In this document: positions 1-5,311 of the stretch, piece by piece
How the letters are laid out: each line of letters begins with the position of its first letter
How positions within the stretch are numbered: the first letter of the stretch is position 1
Made by a program: the position numbers and the translations under genes
The notes under the pieces: generated by a model
Databases searched by the model: none
Told to the model about the DNA's origin: nothing
What the model saw: only the letters and a program-made list of their open reading frames with translations
Source of the DNA: Candidatus Krumholzibacteriia bacterium
GTDB taxonomy: Bacteria > Krumholzibacteriota > Krumholzibacteriia > WVZY01
Reading direction: 5' to 3'
Assembly: GCA_036478295.1 (NCBI GenBank)
Contig: JAZGDW010000196.1
Location: forward strand, 1 to 10,966
Length of the DNA stretch: 10,966 bases

Positions 1-779
1 ATGTGACCGATCTTCGCCATGTCCCGGGGCCGGAGGTGAAGTCCGCCGGGAACGTCGATGAGTCCGCCCGCCAGGTCCCACCACACGTACTCGGATATGC
101 CCAGCGGATCGAAGAGCTCCCTCTCGGCGAAGGCGCGGGGAGACCCGCCGCTGGCCCGATCCAACAGCGCTCCCACCAGGGCGCTCATGCCGCCGCTGTA
201 CACGAACACCGATCCCGGCGCCGCGTCCACGGCCTGTTCGAGAACCCGGCGAACCGGGTCGTCCACGCCGCGCACCCGCACCCAGTCGTTCCGGGGGTCG
301 TCATAGGGGTAGGAGTCCTCGTCCCACTCGAGCCCCGCCGTCATGGAAAGTATGTGGCGAAGGCGGATGGCTGCCTTTCGCGGGTCCTCCGTGAGGATCT
401 CGCCGTGCTCGGGAAAGAGATCCGCAAGCCCGAGGTCGAGGACACCGTCCTCCAGGCCCGGCATCAAACCCCGATCCATTGCCATGCCCAGCAGGAGCGA
501 GCCGACGCTCTTGGTGACCGACGCGGTGTAGTGGAGATCGGCGCTGTCGACACCGGGGGCGTACGCATCCAGGACCAGTCGTCCGCCCTTCACCACGACC
601 ACACCGTGGAGATTCGTGAAGCGGCCGCTGGTGACGGCTTCTTCGAGCGCCTGCATCAGCGCCGGCTCCAGGCCCATCTCCATGGGCGTGACGTATTCCC
701 AGTCGCTATCCGAAGTCCGCTGCGCCCCGCAGCCCACGGCGCCAAGGAGAAGCAGGACCGACACCGACAGGACTCTCAT
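1..779 (-). CDS. Serine hydrolase, beta-lactamase/class C-like (SxxK) family, predicted lipoprotein; 3' end lies outside the window
   Basis: Manual minus-strand translation from ATG 779 (an in-frame GTG is at 782): MRVLSVSVLLLLGAVGC (lipobox), then LHGVVVVKGGRLVLDAY, LHYTASVTKS (SxxK at 510-521), HILSMTAGLEWDE, PGSVFVYSGG, LFDPLGI, GGLHLRPRDMAKIGH. The frame is open to the window edge, which probably explains its absence from the ORF track. Confidence 0.9.
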   Translation of the reverse strand, partial: MRVLSVSVLLLLGAVGCGAQRTSDSDWEYVTPMEMGLEPALMQALEEAVTSGRFTNLHGVVVVKGGRLVLDAYAPGVDSADLHYTASVTKSVGSLLLGMAMDRGLMPGLEDGVLDLGLADLFPEHGEILTEDPRKAAIRLRHILSMTAGLEWDEDSYPYDDPRNDWVRVRGVDDPVRRVLEQAVDAAPGSVFVYSGGMSALVGALLDRASGGSPRAFAERELFDPLGISEYVWWDLAGGLIDVPGGLHLRPRDMAKIGH

Positions 780-863
780 CACCGGGGATACTGGCAGCGA
801 TAGGATGGCCGTATCGCGTCCGCGCGGCACAGGATTTGGTTTGTACGATTTTCTTTCCATATC

Positions 864-892
864 TTGACAGATTTCCATACACGAGGTATATT
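864..892 (+). promoter_or_regulatory. Sigma70-type promoter of the toxin-antitoxin operon
   Basis: TTGACA (864-869), 17-nt spacer, TATATT (887-892), in an AT-rich intergenic patch. SD AAGGAGG (899-905) and ATG 914 follow. Confidence 0.8.
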
Positions 893-896
893 ACCT
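884..896. promoter_or_regulatory. Palindromic operator candidate overlapping the -10 box
   Basis: AGGTA-TAT-TACCT is a perfect 5-bp inverted repeat covering the -10 element. The downstream gene encodes an XRE-type HTH. Confidence 0.5.
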
Positions 897-913
897 TCAA
901 GGAGGGTACCAAA

Positions 914-1699
914 ATGCTGAAGGTTGGAAAGCGCATAAAAGAGCTTCGAGAAAGTGCGGGGCTCACACAAGAGGAGCTGGCGGAGATTCTGGGGGTTTCC
1001 CGGCCGGCCGTAACATCCATTGAAAACGGGTCGAGGAAGGTTTCGGCAGAGGAACTCGTTAAACTCTCAAGGACGTTCAGGCTCTCGGTCGACGCCATAC
1101 TCAACCTCGAGGTCCCGCCGACGGTATCCCTCCCCACCCCGGCGAAAAAGAAGAAGCGGGGGGGCGAGCTTCGCATCAATGTGCCGCGCAGAAACGTGGA
1201 GAAATTCAAGGAGGTGCTTCTCTACCTGCTTGCGAAGGTGGGTGCCAAGCCCAACATCGGTGAGACGGTAATTTACAAGCTGCTGTATTTCATCGATTTT
1301 GATTTCTACGAGAAGTATGAAGAGCAGCTCATCGGGGCGACCTATCAGAAGAATCGCTACGGCCCCACGCCGATGGAGTTTCAGAAAATTATTGAAGAAA
1401 TGGAGGGTGAGCGCGAGATCGCAAAGATCCAGAGGCCGTATTTCCAGTACCGGCAGCGGAAATACCTGCCGCTGCGAAAATCGGATCTTTCGAAGCTCAC
1501 CGGCAGAGAGATCGCGCTGATCGACGACGTACTGAACAGGCTCTCCGACAGGAACGCCACGGAGATGAGCCGCTACTCGCACAACGACGTCCCGTGGATC
1601 GTAACCGAAGACGGAGACACCATTGAATATGAAGCTGTTTTCTACCGAACACCGGAGTATTCCGTAAGGGAGTCTGATGACGAGGATGAAGTTTCGTGA
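914..1699 (+). CDS. Antitoxin: XRE/Cro-type HTH fused to a Panacea (DUF4065/SocA-like) domain, 261 aa
   Basis: N-terminus VGKRIKELRESAGLTQEELAEILGVSRPAVTSIENGSRK is an HTH_XRE pattern. C-terminal YKLLYFIDF, YGP, YSHNDVPW match DUF4065 motifs. The start was moved from 836 to ATG 914 because of the AAGGAGG SD and the promoter position. Confidence 0.9.
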   Translation: MLKVGKRIKELRESAGLTQEELAEILGVSRPAVTSIENGSRKVSAEELVKLSRTFRLSVDAILNLEVPPTVSLPTPAKKKKRGGELRINVPRRNVEKFKEVLLYLLAKVGAKPNIGETVIYKLLYFIDFDFYEKYEEQLIGATYQKNRYGPTPMEFQKIIEEMEGEREIAKIQRPYFQYRQRKYLPLRKSDLSKLTGREIALIDDVLNRLSDRNATEMSRYSHNDVPWIVTEDGDTIEYEAVFYRTPEYSVRESDDEDEVS

Positions 1700-2054
1700 G
1701 GTTGTGCGGCTCCCAGAATTCGATAGAGACATGAAAAAACTGGTTCGGCGGTACGAGACGCTCGAGGAGGATCTGACCAGGTTCGTCAACATTCAGCTAT
1801 TCCTGTATCACAAGGCGGGCAAAGAGAACCGCGGGATCGTCAGAATCGACCAGCTCGGGGCCACGATGAAGCCTGTGTTCAAAGCAAAGAAATTCGCTTG
1901 CCTATCGATGAAAGGAAAAGGCGTGAGGACCGGCATCCGGGTCGTGTACGCCTATGACGACCCGGACGACAAGGTCGAGTTAATTGAGATATACCACAAG
2001 TCCGACCAACCCGTGGAAGACCGAAAGAGGATTGCCAACTACTACGGCGAGTAA
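1677..2054 (+). CDS. RelE/HigB-superfamily toxin (putative mRNA interferase), 125 aa
   Basis: LPEFDRDMKKL at the N-terminus, then KGKGVRTGIRVVYAY and VELIEIYHKSDQ, the pattern of RelE/HigB-2-like toxins. Overlaps the antitoxin by 23 nt. GGGAG at 1668-1672. Alternative ATG at 1686. Confidence 0.8.
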   Translation: MTRMKFREVVRLPEFDRDMKKLVRRYETLEEDLTRFVNIQLFLYHKAGKENRGIVRIDQLGATMKPVFKAKKFACLSMKGKGVRTGIRVVYAYDDPDDKVELIEIYHKSDQPVEDRKRIANYYGE

Positions 2055-2093
2055 ATGTCACTAGATCGGCATTGATACCTGGAGCGAAGACCC

Positions 2094-3197
2094 ATGGCCT
2101 TTCGTTTCTGGAGAAGAATCAAGCTTGCGCCCGGCGTGACGCTGAACCTCAGCAAGACCGGCGGCTCGCTCTCCTTTGGCCCACGTGGCGGCAAATTCAC
2201 CGTCGGGCCACGCGGCCGGCGCGCCTCCTTCGGCATCCCCGGCACAGGGCTCTTCTATATGCAACCGCTTGGCGGCGGCAAGACCCGCCGCGCGCGCGAT
2301 GGCGCCCGCCGGCGGCGAAGCGCCGCGTCCGGGGCAACCGAAGACACCCGCGCCGGAGATGCACCGACCCGCTACCAAAAGGAACGGGCCTCCCGGCGGC
2401 TCACCCTCGGCTTTTTCAAACGCCTCATTACACCCGACGACGAAGAGACCCTCGTCGCCGGTCTCCGCGAGCACGTCCTCGGTAACGAGGATGCGGCGCT
2501 CGAGCTTTTCGAGAAATCGGCGCACCTGGCGGACAGCGCGTTTCTCGCGGGATTTCTTTCACTGAAGAGAAACCGCCTGGCCGCCGCCGCCCGTCATTTC
2601 GAAACCGCCGCCGAAAACCACCGGCGGCTCGGACGTTATCTCGGCAAGTACGGGATCACCGCGGAAATGGTGGTGCCGATTACGGGCGAGCTTTTGGCTG
2701 TCGTCTCACCCAACCTGCGAGGGACCCTGCTCGGCCTGGTGGAGACGTACCAGCTGCAGAAGAAATGGGACCGCGCGATCGAGACCCTCGAGCACCTCCG
2801 CCGCCTCGTGCCCGGTGACCTGGTGATCACGCTATCCCTGGCGGAACTCCTCATCGACCGCGCGCCCGACGACAAGATCACGTGCGACAAGGTGGTACGG
2901 CTCGCAAAGGGCGTGCGAAACGAGTCCGATCTCCACGCCGCGCTTCTCCTCTACAAGGCGAAGGCCCTTCGCGGCCTCGGCCTGTCCGAGGCGGCCCGCG
3001 ACCTGCTGAGCAAGACGCTCCGGCGCCGGGCGGGCCGGACGGCCGAACTCCTCCATGCGCTCCGCTACGACCGGGCACTTCTCTACGAAACCATGGGCCA
3101 AAAGAAACGGGCGAGGCGTGATTTCGAAAAAATCTACGTCGAAGATCCGGACTACGAGCACGTGCGCGAGCGTCTGGGGATCCCGGTTGACGGTTGA
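2094..3197 (+). CDS. DUF4236 domain plus tetratricopeptide-repeat protein, 367 aa
   Basis: MAFRFWRRIKLAPGVTLNLSKTGGSLSFGPRGGKFTVGPRGRRASFGIPGTGLFY is the typical DUF4236 N-terminus. The C-terminal half has TPR-like helices (KWDRAIETLEHL; ALRYDRALLYETMGQKKRARRDFEKIYVEDPDY). GGAG at 2081-2084. Confidence 0.85.
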   Translation: MAFRFWRRIKLAPGVTLNLSKTGGSLSFGPRGGKFTVGPRGRRASFGIPGTGLFYMQPLGGGKTRRARDGARRRRSAASGATEDTRAGDAPTRYQKERASRRLTLGFFKRLITPDDEETLVAGLREHVLGNEDAALELFEKSAHLADSAFLAGFLSLKRNRLAAAARHFETAAENHRRLGRYLGKYGITAEMVVPITGELLAVVSPNLRGTLLGLVETYQLQKKWDRAIETLEHLRRLVPGDLVITLSLAELLIDRAPDDKITCDKVVRLAKGVRNESDLHAALLLYKAKALRGLGLSEAARDLLSKTLRRRAGRTAELLHALRYDRALLYETMGQKKRARRDFEKIYVEDPDYEHVRERLGIPVDG

Positions 3198-3250
3198 TGA
3201 GGCGGACGGTTCCCGATGACGGTACCAGCCTCTTGTTTCTCCCGCCGGCC

Positions 3251-4000
3251 CTATCCCCGATACAGCGACTTGATCTTGCCCCAAGTGCCCTCCTCGATCG
3301 GAACGAACAGGCGCTTTTCCGTCGGCAGGCACAGCCACACGTGGTCAATGAGCATGAGCGGCCACGCGCTGAACTGGTCAAACGCCATCGCGGAAAACCC
3401 CGAGGGTTGGGGCGGCTCGAGCCGGTAGCACGCCAGGTGCACCGCGGGATCGATGATGGGAGACGTCTCGCCCGCCACCGTCTTCTCGACCGGGTTGCAA
3501 AAGAGAACCGGCTCGACCGCGATCGCGTTCACCACGCCAAACTGATCGATGAGGGTCACCGGGATGTTGACCGGCGGGCCCACGGCGTCATAGCACTTGT
3601 AGTGATTCCAGACTGGCGGCGGCCCGAATTCGTCTTTCAGCGCCGGCAACACCAGGTAACGGGCGTCCATCACATGCCAGGTCTGCGTGCCGAACTGGTT
3701 GTCCAGAAGTACATCTCGCCCCGGCTGCGGCTGGAAGATCTCCCACCAGGTCTGATGCAACGTTGGATCGAAGATCCCTGAGCCGTTCTTGTCAACCGGA
3801 GTGGCGAACTTATCCAGCACTACGGAGTCGGTCTTGAAGATGTCGAACTGGTCCACGAGCGTGATCGGCGCGACAACCTTGAACGCTTCCGGCACCTCGT
3901 AGACTTTGTAGTGATTCTCCGTGATGATGATTTGAGGGGTTCCCTCCGACCACCACACCACCAGCACGAATAGCAAGAGCGCCATCGCACGTCGTTTCAT
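3251..4000 (-). CDS. Secreted protein with two tandem ~95-aa domains (HYKxY..DQF..P.K pattern, possibly DUF7450-like) and a C-terminal TWGKIKSLY motif
   Basis: Signal peptide MKRRAMALLLFVLVVWWSEG. The internal duplication is visible by eye. AGGGGG lies upstream of the ATG. The family name is from memory and tentative. Confidence 0.85.
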   Translation of the reverse strand: MKRRAMALLLFVLVVWWSEGTPQIIITENHYKVYEVPEAFKVVAPITLVDQFDIFKTDSVVLDKFATPVDKNGSGIFDPTLHQTWWEIFQPQPGRDVLLDNQFGTQTWHVMDARYLVLPALKDEFGPPPVWNHYKCYDAVGPPVNIPVTLIDQFGVVNAIAVEPVLFCNPVEKTVAGETSPIIDPAVHLACYRLEPPQPSGFSAMAFDQFSAWPLMLIDHVWLCLPTEKRLFVPIEEGTWGKIKSLYRG

Positions 4001-4062
4001 GATCTAACCCCCTGCTAAAGAGATAGATATATTCGGGCGGGACGCGAGTGAGGATGCCAGTC

Positions 4063-4096
4063 AAAAGGGGGAAGGAGCGGATCTCCACTCCGCCCC
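4063..4096 (-). terminator. Probable intrinsic terminator downstream of the 4158-5012 gene
   Basis: The minus-strand RNA reads GGGGC-GGAGUGG-AGAU-CCGCUCC-UUCCCCC-UUUU: a 7-bp core stem with one G-U pair, extendable, followed by a short U tract, about 60 nt after the stop codon. Confidence 0.5.
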
Positions 4097-4157
4097 GAAG
4101 TGTCCACATGATAGCGCAGCCGGGGGAGAATATCCAGGAAAACCGCGACGATCGTAC

Positions 4158-5012
4158 CTAGAACCGAAACACAACACCCGTTTCCGGAGCCCAATCCTCC
4201 GCCTTTGACGTGATGCCAAATGCGGAATTGAGCTTGATGAACATGCTGCCGGTCAGGTGAATCTGAGCCTCGGTGATCAGTTCCCATTCATCTTCGGTGC
4301 CTTCGATGCCCGTGAAGACCCGGAGGAGCGGGGAGATCCGCCTCAGGTACTCGAGGGCGAACTCGCCCATCTCGAACTTGCCTTCCGCCCGGTCGTATTC
4401 GAGCGCGGCCCGAAAGGTCATCGTACCGAAGCCAAATCCCCGGATGACACCGGTGCCCAGTTTGTACTCCCAGTCCTGGGTACCGATAATGCGCTTGTCC
4501 TTTTGAAACGGAAAGACGACCTCGCCATAGCTAAAGAGCGCCGGACGGCTCGACGTCTCTCGCTGCCACAGCCAGTTGACCTGCATCTGCACGTCGCCCA
4601 GTCCGGATTCGGAGAGCTCATCGGGGAGGGCCGTCGGATCGTTGGGCGCCTTCTCCTGCTCGGCTGTGATGTAGACTGCTGCCTCGAATTCGAGCGCAAA
4701 GCTCTGCCCCAGCCCGTAACCGAGGAACACGAGGTACTCGGTCGCTTCGTAATCACCCCGAAAATCCTCGTCGAGACCGAATCCCAGCTCGGCGGGACTG
4801 TATTCCGCATCGAGGTCCTGGTAGTACTCGACAAACGGGTAGACGAGAAGCTCGCCGGGGAGTACGTAGGTACCGAACATCGACGTGGGTACGCCCGGCC
4901 CGCGGTCACGCAGGTACTTGGGCAACTCACCGGTTGCGCTCTCGGACGCGACCGCCCAGGGCGCACAGATACCCAGACACACAATGAGGCACAGCGTAAC
5001 GATGGCTCTCAT
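4158..5012 (-). CDS. Outer-membrane beta-barrel channel, resembling the Phenol_MetA_deg/'transporter' family, 284 aa
   Basis: ATG 5012 with SD AAAGGAG. Signal peptide MRAIVTLCLIVCLGICAPWAVA. SGLGDVQMQVNW resembles the GLGD motif of this family. Alternating amphipathic strands and a C-terminal Phe (GVVFRF). Confidence 0.75.
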   Translation of the reverse strand: MRAIVTLCLIVCLGICAPWAVASESATGELPKYLRDRGPGVPTSMFGTYVLPGELLVYPFVEYYQDLDAEYSPAELGFGLDEDFRGDYEATEYLVFLGYGLGQSFALEFEAAVYITAEQEKAPNDPTALPDELSESGLGDVQMQVNWLWQRETSSRPALFSYGEVVFPFQKDKRIIGTQDWEYKLGTGVIRGFGFGTMTFRAALEYDRAEGKFEMGEFALEYLRRISPLLRVFTGIEGTEDEWELITEAQIHLTGSMFIKLNSAFGITSKAEDWAPETGVVFRF

Positions 5013-5229
5013 TTGAATCACTCCTTTGAAACTCGCCCGCCGGCGGTTTCCGGAACGGGATCGTTCCGTGCGGTGGCCGCAAGCGGCGGGTCGCGATAAC
5101 AGTTTCAGGGATGGGAACATGCCGCTCCGATCAGGGAATCAATTCCGGGGAGCTCTGCGCAGGCTGGTAGTGCGCTGAGGATACAACGATCCCCAACCGT
5201 GGTCAAGGGCGGGTCCGTTCCGTGCCCGC

Positions 5230-5259
5230 TTGACCACCGTATTACATCGTTGTTAAGAT
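5230..5259 (+). promoter_or_regulatory. Sigma70-type promoter for the GT2 operon
   Basis: TTGACC (5230-5235), 18-nt spacer, TAAGAT (5254-5259), with an extended -10 TG at 5251-5252. Lies upstream of SD AAGGAGGT (5300-5307). Confidence 0.55.
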
Positions 5260-5311
5260 CTGCCGAAAATCGGTTGGGGGCACCAGGCGCCGGGGCAAAA
5301 AGGAGGTCGTC

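Noticed and set aside
3..803. 266-aa plus-strand ORF
   Set aside because: Antisense shadow of the minus-strand serine hydrolase, which has clear family motifs and a signal peptide.
780..2093. TA pair as part of an IS, integron cassette or prophage
   Set aside because: No transposase, integrase, attC-like site, terminal inverted repeats or target duplication seen.
4026..4136. Minus-strand promoter for the 3251-4000 gene
   Set aside because: TTGACT (4059-4064) has no -10 at proper spacing. TGGATA-N17-TATCAT (4108-4136) lies upstream of the probable terminator. Neither is convincing.
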